DNA of 64,000 nt. Source: Lysobacterales bacterium. Its GTDB lineage: Bacteria; Pseudomonadota; Gammaproteobacteria; Xanthomonadales; SZUA-5. The translations under genes and the position numbers were made by a program. The notes beneath the pieces were generated by a model that made no database searches, was not told the origin of the DNA, and saw only the letters and a list, made by a program, of their open reading frames with translations. The stretch covers positions 18,136-82,135 of the forward strand of contig JALHMH010000020.1 of assembly GCA_022844165.1 (NCBI GenBank), written 5' to 3'. This document shows, piece after piece, positions 1 through 8,756 of this stretch. Position 1 is the first letter of the stretch. Each line of letters begins with the position of its first letter.

Positions 1-1451
1 CTTCCGCGCTCGCTCAGGTCCACACTGAGCCCTGATTGCCGGAACGCCGGCGCCAGTCGCCTGAGTGCATTGGACAGCTTCTCCGGCGTAGACGGGAACG
101 TCCTGTCATGGTCTGGCTTGATCGCGGTTAGCAGCTCGCCTACGGTGCCCTGCCATCCCGCCAGATTGCGCTCCGACAACTCGATCACTGCAATCGCAAC
201 CGGCGACGATTCAATCGCCCCCAATGTTGCCGAGCGGATGCTCGCCCTGTACGCCGTGAGAAAGTCGGCGGCTGCGAACCCAAGCGCCGGCATCGCCGCT
301 GCCGCCCAAGTGGCAAAGTCAGCCATGCGCGGCTTCTGGCCGATATCGATGCTCTTGGCGTCGCGCATCGCCAGCCTGAGCGATTCCAGCACGGCACCAA
401 AGATGCGACCTGCTGATCGCTCGTAGGCTCGCCGTAGATCAGCCTCGGTCCTGCGGTTGCTGATTGGCATCAGCTCGACGAGCAACGAGCGTTCGGCCAG
501 ATCGGGACGGCTTGCCAGATCGTCGATTCCGTTTAGGATGATCGGACGCGCAATCTGTAGCAGCACCTCGGTCGTGTCGGTGAATAGCTGCCTTGCCGCG
601 ATGCCGCCGCCTGTCGCCAGTCGGCAGATGCCATCCGACAACCAGGCAGGACAACCGCTCAGATTGTCGTAGGCCAGAACGTGACTATTGAGCGCCGCGA
701 CGCATAGGTCGCGTTCCTCACGCGGCGGTGATCGCAACGGGACTGCCGACGGATCGGTGATCGACTTCACGCGCCGGGTTGCCTCGCTCTTGCCGGTGCC
801 CTGTTCTGACGTGAACAGCAAAACCGGATACGGACTGCGAGGACGGAGCGCACCGGCAACATAGGCCGCGATCAGCGGCTGTTGCTCAGGCCTGCATGGG
901 ATCAAGTCCCAGATCGACGAGAAGTCCGCGCCATCGGGCTCAGGTAGCGCGAGCGACTTCGGTGAGCGCCGGAACAAGCATTCGGCCTGGTGATCGCGAT
1001 CTATCGAGCTCGCCGTGATCTTCCACGCTGACCACACTTTGTCGCCGGTATCGATGAACATCGCATTGCCGCTGGCGCCGGTGCGCAGGTGGACAGCCCG
1101 CGTATCGGACCGGCCAAACTTGGCGCTGGCGTTCAAGGTCGCGATGGCATCGGCGACCGCGTTTCTGTTGGCGCCTTTTTCCTCCCGCCGGAAGAACTCG
1201 GCCGCCAGCCAATCGCGAGTTTGCTGCGACTCAATCGGATAGACCTCCTTGTGTGCGCCCGCGCGGACCTGGACGTAGCCAACACCATCCTCATCTGCGA
1301 ATAGATGTTGCTCGGCGCCGATCTCGATCAACTGCTGAGCGATGCCTTTGCGTTTCTCGTGCTCGCCTCGGTCGTTGGCCTTGCTGACGCGCTCCAGATC
1401 GCGTTCAGCGCGCGATTCAAGATCATCGATATACGACTCTGGCCCGCTCAT
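1..1451 (-). CDS. Phage/satellite replication ATPase (SF3 helicase-like), 3' end outside window
   Basis: Not in ORF track. Manual translation from ATG at 1451 (ATGA overlap with upstream stop): MSGPESYIDDLE...YPVLLFTSEQGTGKS (Walker A)...VLAYDNLS (Walker B)...LSDGICRLATGGG...RPIILNGIDDLASRPDLAERS. Confidence 0.8.
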   Translation of the reverse strand, partial: MSGPESYIDDLESRAERDLERVSKANDRGEHEKRKGIAQQLIEIGAEQHLFADEDGVGYVQVRAGAHKEVYPIESQQTRDWLAAEFFRREEKGANRNAVADAIATLNASAKFGRSDTRAVHLRTGASGNAMFIDTGDKVWSAWKITASSIDRDHQAECLFRRSPKSLALPEPDGADFSSIWDLIPCRPEQQPLIAAYVAGALRPRSPYPVLLFTSEQGTGKSEATRRVKSITDPSAVPLRSPPREERDLCVAALNSHVLAYDNLSGCPAWLSDGICRLATGGGIAARQLFTDTTEVLLQIARPIILNGIDDLASRPDLAERSLLVELMPISNRRTEADLRRAYERSAGRIFGAVLESLRLAMRDAKSIDIGQKPRMADFATWAAAAMPALGFAAADFLTAYRASIRSATLGAIESSPVAIAVIELSERNLAGWQGTVGELLTAIKPDHDRTFPSTPEKLSNALRRLAPAFRQSGLSVDLSERG

Positions 1452-2002
1452 CGAGCGCCCCCAATAGCCACCCGCGCCGCGTGGATGCGTTCGACAGCGA
1501 GGACTAGGCGCGCATGGTCTTCATCGCTGAGCGTGCATCCTCGGTGCAGATCGCCAGCCGCTATTAAAACCACGCCAGCCTCGCTATCGAGCAGGTTCGC
1601 ACAGGAGCGCAATTGCGCGCGCAGCGCCAACCCTTGCAACTCGCGGCGTTTCTCTGGTGTGGAATCTGCCAGCCGACGCGGGAACAAGTCGCCGACTGTC
1701 AGGCCAATGGCGGCGAGCAAGTCGTGGGTGCTGCATCCGGCGAAGCAATGCGCGAGGATCCGGCCATCGTTGCCGACAGCGACCGACAGCGACGCGGTTC
1801 GGTCCTCATGCGCCGGGCATCGCGCGCTGTAGCCAGCCCCGGACTTGCGGACCCGCTCCAGGCGCGCCAAAACCTGTTCGAGTGTAATGGCGCGCTGGTG
1901 CGTTAGCGCGCTATCATCGCGCCGCGTCCGCCCGGTCGCATGTGTTGTCTTTCGCGCCTCGCCGTGCCACCGGCGGGGCGCGCTTGCGTTAGCGGTCGGC
2001 AT
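1448..2002 (-). CDS. Primase-type zinc-finger (CHC2-like) protein
   Basis: Motif YSARCPAHEDRTASLS...LAHCFAGC; start moved to ATG 2002, which follows an AGAAGGAGG RBS. Confidence 0.8.
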   Translation of the reverse strand: MPTANASAPRRWHGEARKTTHATGRTRRDDSALTHQRAITLEQVLARLERVRKSGAGYSARCPAHEDRTASLSVAVGNDGRILAHCFAGCSTHDLLAAIGLTVGDLFPRRLADSTPEKRRELQGLALRAQLRSCANLLDSEAGVVLIAAGDLHRGCTLSDEDHARLVLAVERIHAARVAIGGAR

Positions 2003-2294
2003 CTGGCCCTCCTTCTCTCGCGAGCGCCAGCACTGCCGCGTCGACCGCCGTTCGATCCGTGGGCGACAACACGCCAAGTTCGGGATGGTCCGCGCGATGG
2101 GCTCGGATCAGGCGGACCACGCCGGCATCGTTGATGGCAACGAGCACAACGGTGCTCGTTGCGCGAATCGAAATCAGCTTGGCGAATTCACGAGTCTGAG
2201 CGACGCGAGGTTGCTGCGCTCCGCGATGTTCGCGAGGCGCGGCGTACAGTTGGGCAAGTGCGCGCAGGTGCGCACCGTGTGGACCGGCGGTCAT
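1989..2294 (-). CDS. Hypothetical protein of the integrated element
   Basis: 101-aa ORF tightly packed between the excisionase and primase genes, overlapping both. Confidence 0.55.
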   Translation of the reverse strand: MTAGPHGAHLRALAQLYAAPREHRGAQQPRVAQTREFAKLISIRATSTVVLVAINDAGVVRLIRAHRADHPELGVLSPTDRTAVDAAVLALAREGGPDADR

Positions 2295-2512
2295 TACGCG
2301 GACGCCTTCGGCGCGCTTTGGCGCTCCAGGTCCGCGATGAACTTGCTCAGTGCGTCGGCGCTGATTAGGCGTCGGCGTCCATGTTTAAATGTTCGGAGAT
2401 TGCCGGCGGCGATGTCGCCGTAGAGCTTCGTGCGCGGTATGCCGGTGAGCCGTACGGCACTGTCGATGGTGTAGCTCAGGTGGTCGATTGACCTAGTCGT
2501 GTTCGTGTGCAT
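2294..2512 (-). CDS. Excisionase/AlpA-like helix-turn-helix DNA-binding protein
   Basis: LSYTIDSAVRLTGIPRTKLYGDIAAGNLRTFKHGRRRLI is a typical Xis/HTH_17 pattern; AGAGGG upstream of ATG 2512. Confidence 0.8.
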   Translation of the reverse strand: MHTNTTRSIDHLSYTIDSAVRLTGIPRTKLYGDIAAGNLRTFKHGRRRLISADALSKFIADLERQSAPKASA

Positions 2513-2595
2513 GTCATCCCTCTTTGGCGGTGAGGGACGCGGCGTCAATTTTGAATTCCACCGCGTCCTGTTGAACTTGGAACGCGGAAAGGATT

Positions 2596-3459
2596 TTATG
2601 CACCAGATTTCGACGCGTCCGCAGCTTTTGCGGACACAATCGCTAAGTCATTTGGTCGATTCTGTCTCGTTTCGATATCGCGCCGAAGCTGTTTCGTCGA
2701 GTAAGGTTTCCCGAAAATGACCGTGACACAGGCCGCCGTCAGGCTCTCAAAGCGGTCGCCGATGTGGTAGCGAACGTAACTGTTCAAGCTCCTTGCGTAG
2801 GCCCAGCGCTTCGCCTCGAAGTCGTTTCGTTTGCCTGGGCCATGCGAAGTCTTCAGTGATTTGATGTGGGCTACGTACTTCCGAAGCATGCTTGACAATC
2901 GCCCATCTTCCCGATCTTGCGCCTTCAGTCGCTTGTCGATCAGCAGCTTGTTGGCGTCCTCGTGACCAGAAGTCCAGAGCAAGTGGGCGACGTCGTCATA
3001 TCCCTTCCACCTAAAAATTACGTCGCAGAACTCTTTCGTCACACGCTCAAGATCGGCTTCCCACTCACGAATCCATCGCGAAGTCCGGGGCACCGATAGC
3101 TCGTTCATGTGCCCGGCATACGAAAGGAAAAGGCGCCCCACATTGGGCTCTTCTTTTCGACCGAGTTCAGTATGCGAACCCCGAGTGCGCATCGCTTGCA
3201 GCGCGCTCCAGGGCTTGCGCATTTGCTCATCTATGCAGAGCTTTAGCGTGATCCATAGTTCTACCGAATCATCTAATCCTGTTGGAGTCTCGCCCCGATT
3301 GATCATGTCGTTAATGACTTTATCGAGAGATTTCAACCGCGCTAGCCGCTCGGCCTCACCGGCGGGTACCTTGGCACGTTTGAAGGAGTGCGCCAAGAAC
3401 CGATAGGCATCGTCCGGCACCTCATCAAGCACCGACACACTTTGAACTTTGCGCCTCAT
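2596..3459 (-). CDS. Hypothetical protein translationally coupled to the integrase
   Basis: 287-aa ORF with ATGA overlap with the integrase stop; no motif recognised. Confidence 0.65.
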   Translation of the reverse strand: MRRKVQSVSVLDEVPDDAYRFLAHSFKRAKVPAGEAERLARLKSLDKVINDMINRGETPTGLDDSVELWITLKLCIDEQMRKPWSALQAMRTRGSHTELGRKEEPNVGRLFLSYAGHMNELSVPRTSRWIREWEADLERVTKEFCDVIFRWKGYDDVAHLLWTSGHEDANKLLIDKRLKAQDREDGRLSSMLRKYVAHIKSLKTSHGPGKRNDFEAKRWAYARSLNSYVRYHIGDRFESLTAACVTVIFGKPYSTKQLRRDIETRQNRPNDLAIVSAKAADASKSGA

Positions 3460-4664
3460 GGCGTCCGCTCCAACATCGCCACCGCGCGCGCCTTGTGGCT
3501 CGGCGCCAAGTGCGAGTAGCGCTCGGTCATGGTCAGGTCGCTGTGTCCCAGCAGTTCCTTGACGACGTACAACTCCGCGCCGGCCATTACTAACCGGCTG
3601 GCGAAATGGTGGCGCAGATCGTGGAAGCGCAAGTCCTCGATTTGTGCGGCGGCGATTAGACCGGCCCAGGATTTGTTGATGTTCGTCAGCGCTCGCCGGT
3701 CCTCGCCAGGGAAAACAAGACCCTCACCGCTGCCCTGCCCTCGCCAGCGCTTCAGCACGCCGAAGGCTTCTTCGTTCAGTGGTATTCGCCGCGTGCGCTG
3801 GCCCTTCGACGTGGCGGCGGTTACGGTGATAACGCGGTGGGTCAGATCGACGTTCGACCAGTTCAGCCCGAACAACTCGCCGCGCCGCATGCCGGTATTG
3901 ATTGCGACCAGCACCAGCGGCGCAAGGTGGTCCGTGTAGCCATCGTCAGCGAACGATGGGCGCCCCGGTCGGCGGCGTTCGGCGTTCCAACGATTGCCGC
4001 TGTCGCGCTCTTTGCGTCGTCGAATCTCGCGCGCATCGAGCGCGGCGCGCAACGCGCCCTCTTCCTCCGGCGTCATGAATCGCGCCCGCTGCTCGTCGTC
4101 GCCCTTGGCGCGCTCGACGTTCTTCATGGGGTGCGATTCGAGGTATCCCCATTCAATCGCTTTTGACAGCACGGCGCGAATGCGCACCAAGTCGCGGTTG
4201 ACGGTCGCCGGTTTGATGCCATCGCGCAGGCGCGCTGCCTTGAAGCGGTCCATCTTGTAGGGCGAGATGGCGGCCAGTTTCTCCGGGTACAGGTCGGAGA
4301 ATTGCGCCTTCAGCGCGGCCAGCGTGGCGGCGCCCGCGCGGCGCTCGGCGAGCACCCACGGTGCATAGCGTTCGGTGATGAACTGGCCGAGCGACGACGG
4401 CCGTGAATGCCCGCGTGCAGCCGGCGGCAGCTTGCCGGAATCGTACTCAGACAGCCAGGTCCGCGCCGTCCTGCGCGCCTGCTCCAGGGTGATCACGGAC
4501 GCGTTGCCGATGGTGCGCCGTTTGCCGCGCGCCAGCTCGACGACGTAGGACTTCACGCCCGATGGTTGGACGCGCAGCATCAACCCTTTCTGCGCGCCGT
4601 CGCGTATCTCGTAGGGCCGCGCATCGGGTGCCGATTGTTGGACGGTTTTGAGCGAGAGAGCCAC
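3456..4664 (-). CDS. int: Tyrosine recombinase/integrase with N-terminal arm-binding domain
   Basis: Catalytic TGMRRGE, HDLRH, LLGH and YSH motifs; N-terminal GLMLRVQPSGVKSY arm-DNA-binding motif; GTG start at 4664 after GGGAGG. Confidence 0.92.
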   Translation of the reverse strand: MALSLKTVQQSAPDARPYEIRDGAQKGLMLRVQPSGVKSYVVELARGKRRTIGNASVITLEQARRTARTWLSEYDSGKLPPAARGHSRPSSLGQFITERYAPWVLAERRAGAATLAALKAQFSDLYPEKLAAISPYKMDRFKAARLRDGIKPATVNRDLVRIRAVLSKAIEWGYLESHPMKNVERAKGDDEQRARFMTPEEEGALRAALDAREIRRRKERDSGNRWNAERRRPGRPSFADDGYTDHLAPLVLVAINTGMRRGELFGLNWSNVDLTHRVITVTAATSKGQRTRRIPLNEEAFGVLKRWRGQGSGEGLVFPGEDRRALTNINKSWAGLIAAAQIEDLRFHDLRHHFASRLVMAGAELYVVKELLGHSDLTMTERYSHLAPSHKARAVAMLERTP

Positions 4665-4674
4665 ATTTCCTCCC

Positions 4675-4790
4675 GTAAGTGTGGCGGTAGCGCCACGCCA
4701 TAAGTGCATGGTAAGTGCAATCGGCCGAATACGGCGGGACACAGCGGGACGCAACGGGACTTAAAAACAGCAACTTACGTGTTAAGTGAT
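4675..4790. repeat. Short direct repeats between integrase and att core (candidate arm-type sites)
   Basis: CGGGAC three times at a 10-bp period (4731-4760); TAAGTG at about 4676, 4701, 4712 and 4783. Confidence 0.5.
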
Positions 4791-4810
4791 TGATAGAGAA
4801 CGCGCCAGAA

Positions 4811-4860
<50 letters not shown>

Positions 4861-4886
4861 ATTCAGCCTGGCATCCAGGCTCAAAC

Positions 4887-4914
4887 AACAACGCCCCGAA
4901 GACGGGGCGTTGTT
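4887..4914. terminator. Intrinsic terminator hairpin (tRNA/ECF sigma, probably bidirectional)
   Basis: AACAACGCCCCG-AAGA-CGGGGCGTTGTT perfect stem; a second hairpin at 4865-4881. Confidence 0.75.
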
Positions 4915-4940
4915 CTGTCTGAATTGCGTCAGTCAGAGCA

Positions 4941-5513
4941 TCAATCTTTGAAATCACTCATGTTGCGAGCGAGGTCAGCCAGCGCTCGCGCAACGCGCAT
5001 CCTTGCCGCGTTCGCACTCGGGCTATCTGTCGCCGCGGCAATTTCTTCGTGGGCCATGCCGAGCTCCACTCGCATCACTACAACTTCGCGCTGATCGTCG
5101 CTCAACCGCGCCAATGCCGCCTCATAGGCCTTGAGCGTCTCAACAGTCATGGTCTGCACCATCGGCGATGGTGCCTCGTCGACGATGTGCTCATCCAGAA
5201 CCGCTGCCTGCGGGCGGCGACCTACGCGACGTAGCTCATCTTTTAGTAGATTGCTCATGATCTGGCGCAAAAACGCGAAGAATGCTCCGGGTCCTTGCGC
5301 TTGAAACGACGGCAAATGCTGAAACGCACGCATCAGGGTGACTTGCACCAGATCGGAGGTTTCCGACAGGTCACGCGCGCTGGTAGGCAAGCGCCCGCGC
5401 GCCCAGCGTGTCAGGACCGGCAAATAGCGCGCGAGAAGGCGGTCGCGCGCTGCCACGTCACCGGCATGACTACGTTCAACCAAGTCCATTGTCGTTTCGA
5501 GAGGCGCGTTCAT
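4941..5513 (-). CDS. ECF-type RNA polymerase sigma-70 factor
   Basis: Region 2 (ARDRLLARYLP...SDLVQ...FFAFLRQIMSN) and region 4 (LARLSDDQREVVVMR...HEEIA); start at 5513 or 5489. Confidence 0.88.
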   Translation of the reverse strand: MNAPLETTMDLVERSHAGDVAARDRLLARYLPVLTRWARGRLPTSARDLSETSDLVQVTLMRAFQHLPSFQAQGPGAFFAFLRQIMSNLLKDELRRVGRRPQAAVLDEHIVDEAPSPMVQTMTVETLKAYEAALARLSDDQREVVVMRVELGMAHEEIAAATDSPSANAARMRVARALADLARNMSDFKD

Positions 5514-5829
5514 TAGCAACCATCCAGGACCGCGAATTTTATCGCACACTACAGACTGCGGCGATCGAGACAGGAGCTTCATCGCGTCAAACGAGCATAT
5601 CTGATTTGTGAATGGCCAAAGAAGCGTGCTCAAACTCCCGGCGCGAAGGTTTGCCAGGCGTTCTGGCACGACGTTGAGAAGCGCACTGCGAAACCGGATG
5701 CCTGTTTTCATGGGGGCGCCTTTGCCTCCGGATCACCGCCACAAAAGTGAGGAAGAAAACTCGAAGCCACGACAGCGCCGGGTGCGAAAGGCCCTCCGCC
5801 TCTGCCATTGTGCCTTCGCGTAGGACATT

Positions 5830-6996
5830 ATGGACAACCGCGATTGGCGACTTGCCAGCTTCTACTTCAGCTATCTCGCCGTGCTCGGCGCGTTTTCGCC
5901 CTATATAGGGCCGTTCCTGAAGAGCCGCGGCTTCACCGGCTGGGAAATCGGTGTGGTGATGAGTGTTTGGTACGGTACCCGGATCTTCGCACCGCCCTTG
6001 TGGAGCGCCGCGGTCAGCCGCGCGCGGACGCCGATCGGCTGGTTGCGCGGCGGTTGCCTGGCCGGAACCGTGGCATTCGCAGTGCTCGTCTTGCCGCTGC
6101 CTTTTGCGGCAACCTTTTTGTCGATTGGCCTTTTTGCTGCCTTCTACAATGCCGTATTGCCGCAATTCGAAGCGCTGACCCTGGCGACCATCGAGACCCG
6201 CCGCAGTGCCTATGGTCGAATTCGCGTTTGGGGTTCAGTCGGGTTTGTGATCGCTAACGTTGGTTACGGCTATTTGTTGCAGCAATTCGGCTACGGCTGG
6301 TTGGCATGGCTGTTGTTGCCCACGCAGATGCTGATGATCGCCAGCGCCATCGGCAATCGCTATCCAGCGCAAGCGCTCGGCGCCACAATGCCAGCGCCGC
6401 CGATGCAAGGTTTCTGGGCGACGATCCAGCCGCGTTTGCGGCGCGCGGAGCTACGCTGGTTTCTGATCGCAGGCCTGCTGATGCAGATTGCGCACGGCCC
6501 GTTTTACGTATTCTTCTCGCTATTTCTCAGCCGGCACGGCTACAGCGCCGGCACCATCGGCAGCATCTGGGCCGTAGGTGTAATCGCCGAGATTCTGATG
6601 TTCCTGGCCATGCCGCGTGTGCTCGCCCGGCACTCTGCGCCATGGGTCATGTTGGTCTGTTTTGCTGCCGGCATCGTGCGCTGGCTGATAACGGCAGGAC
6701 TCCCGGACATACTGGCGGTTATCGTCGTCGCGCAGCTGCTTCATGCGTTGACGTTTGCCGCTTTTCACTCTGCTGGCATGCATATCATTGGCAAGCACTT
6801 CGAAGGCCGAGATGCCATGCACGGACAGGCATTGTTGTATGGTTTCAGCTCCGGAATCGGCGGCGTGACCGGCGCGCTGCTGGCAGCAGCGCTCTGGGAA
6901 AACATAGCGCCCGCTGCCAGCTTCGTCTCTGCGAGCGTGGTGTCCGTGCTCGGTATGCTCGCGGTACGCCGCCTGCTGGCAGCGAACCGTGCGTAA
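5830..6996 (+). CDS. MFS transporter (MFS_1-like)
   Basis: About 12 hydrophobic segments; YGRIRVWGSVGF motif. Confidence 0.88.
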   Translation: MDNRDWRLASFYFSYLAVLGAFSPYIGPFLKSRGFTGWEIGVVMSVWYGTRIFAPPLWSAAVSRARTPIGWLRGGCLAGTVAFAVLVLPLPFAATFLSIGLFAAFYNAVLPQFEALTLATIETRRSAYGRIRVWGSVGFVIANVGYGYLLQQFGYGWLAWLLLPTQMLMIASAIGNRYPAQALGATMPAPPMQGFWATIQPRLRRAELRWFLIAGLLMQIAHGPFYVFFSLFLSRHGYSAGTIGSIWAVGVIAEILMFLAMPRVLARHSAPWVMLVCFAAGIVRWLITAGLPDILAVIVVAQLLHALTFAAFHSAGMHIIGKHFEGRDAMHGQALLYGFSSGIGGVTGALLAAALWENIAPAASFVSASVVSVLGMLAVRRLLAANRA

Positions 6997-7005
6997 CCAC
7001 ATGCC

Positions 7006-7725
7006 CTACGCCGCAACGCTCTCGACGTCCAGATCGGCAAGACGATAACCGGCGCTGTGAATGGTGTGCAGCAGCGTCTTGTGAAATGGTTTATCGATGA
7101 CTTTGCGCAGGTTGTAGAGGTGACTGCGAAGCGTGTCGCTATCCGGCAGCATATCTCCCCAAACTTCGCGCTCAATGTCGCGTCGCGAGACCACGCGTGG
7201 TGATTCGCGCATCAGAATGGTCAACAGCCTCAAGCCAATCGGGGACACTTGCAAGTCCTTACCGGCGCGTGTCAATCGCAAGGTTGCCGTATCCAGCGTG
7301 AGATCGCCCACCCGCAGCAGTTCCTGACTGACCTGGCGACGATCGCGACGGATCAGTGCGCGAACGCGCGCTTCCAGTTCCTTTACTTCAAACGGCTTGA
7401 CTAGATAATCATCGGCTCCCGCATCAAGACCGGTCACCTTGTCTTCCAGTGTATCCCGCGCGGTGAGCATCAGTACCGGCGTCGACTTTTTCGCGTCTTG
7501 TCGCAGCTTTCGGCAAACGTCCAGTCCATCCATACCGGGCAGCATTAAATCGAGGACAACCACGTCGTAACTGTTGCTCACTGCGAGATGCAATCCTGTC
7601 ACACCATCAGCCGCGTAATCGACCGAGTAACCGCGGCGCTCTAGAAATTCGCCGACCATCTCCGAAATACCCCGATTGTCTTCAATCAGCAAAACCAGTC
7701 CCGACTGCTCATCGCGCTTGTTCAT
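7006..7725 (-). CDS. OmpR-family DNA-binding response regulator (no adjacent kinase)
   Basis: LLIEDN, VVLDLMLPGMDG, LTARD, GADDYLVKPF and a winged-helix C-terminus. Confidence 0.92.
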   Translation of the reverse strand: MNKRDEQSGLVLLIEDNRGISEMVGEFLERRGYSVDYAADGVTGLHLAVSNSYDVVVLDLMLPGMDGLDVCRKLRQDAKKSTPVLMLTARDTLEDKVTGLDAGADDYLVKPFEVKELEARVRALIRRDRRQVSQELLRVGDLTLDTATLRLTRAGKDLQVSPIGLRLLTILMRESPRVVSRRDIEREVWGDMLPDSDTLRSHLYNLRKVIDKPFHKTLLHTIHSAGYRLADLDVESVAA

Positions 7726-7926
7726 CACGTTCTCCTGCCCGCCCATCGGGCTTTCACGGATGTGAAGATACGAGCTACGACATTGTGAAAATGTGAAGGC
7801 AGCGCAGCCATTCGCGTGTGTCTGTCTGACTGGTGGCCAAAAAGGCAGACGTGTCAGGGCAAAAGCGATACGAAAGACGCCAACTTCAGGTGAGACGCCA
7901 ATCTGGCGGGGGCAACCGCGCTGGAC

Positions 7927-8739
7927 TTAGAACATCCCCATCACCTTGGCGGCGACTGCACTGAGCGTGAGCACCGCGACGATGACGATCGACCACATGA
8001 GGACGTTTTTTGCGTTCGAGGGCTGCGAAACCTCGACCGTTTTTTTCGTCTCCGCTGTCTTTGTTTGCGCCTGCTGGATGTCCTGCCCTGGGGCAAGCAG
8101 CAGAAATCGGATCGTATCCAGGCGCAATTCGTCACCTGACTTCATCGTATGACGCGTGATCCGCCGATCATTGACGTAAGTGCCATTGGATGAACCCAGG
8201 TCTTCAACCATGACGCCGTCTGGGGTCGCCTTCAACTCGGCATGGCGACGCGAAATCTCATCGGATTGAATGGAAATTTCGCATTCCGCCTGGCGCCCAA
8301 TGACCATCGTCCCATGCACCGGAAATACTTTGCCAAAGGTCACGCCCGACACGCCGCGCAGAACAAACTTAGGCAGTGCTACTCGTACCTTTGTGCGACC
8401 ATCGTCTGCACTGTCCAACGGTGCCGGTGGCATCGATTTCACCGCGGGTGCTGGTGCGCGTTCGATCGCAACGGCGCGCACTCTGACGCCCGAGAAAGTC
8501 AGAAGATCGCCCGGACTGACCACGGCATGACCGACAATCGGTTTACCGTTGACTGTAATCTCATTCGCCGGATGCAGCGAAACGACTTTCGTTTGCGCGC
8601 CGTCGAACTCCATCGAAGCGTGATGCGGTGCAACGCCGGGCGATAACAGCACCACCTGCGCATCGTTGCCGCTACCGATCAGCGTCTTGCCTGACAGAAC
8701 AACCGGAGCATGCTCACCATTGGGAAATAGTAACTTCAT
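7927..8739 (-). CDS. Tandem FHA-domain membrane protein
   Basis: Second FHA IGRQ...ISRRHA...DLGSSNGTYVN is intact; first FHA is degenerate; C-terminal TM helix. Confidence 0.88.
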   Translation of the reverse strand: MKLLFPNGEHAPVVLSGKTLIGSGNDAQVVLLSPGVAPHHASMEFDGAQTKVVSLHPANEITVNGKPIVGHAVVSPGDLLTFSGVRVRAVAIERAPAPAVKSMPPAPLDSADDGRTKVRVALPKFVLRGVSGVTFGKVFPVHGTMVIGRQAECEISIQSDEISRRHAELKATPDGVMVEDLGSSNGTYVNDRRITRHTMKSGDELRLDTIRFLLLAPGQDIQQAQTKTAETKKTVEVSQPSNAKNVLMWSIVIVAVLTLSAVAAKVMGMF

Positions 8740-8756
8740 AGAATTCTCGTTGACTG

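Noticed and set aside
70-1832. Plus-strand ORFs at the left edge
   Set aside because: They lie antisense to the ATPase and primase Zn-finger genes, which carry clear motifs.
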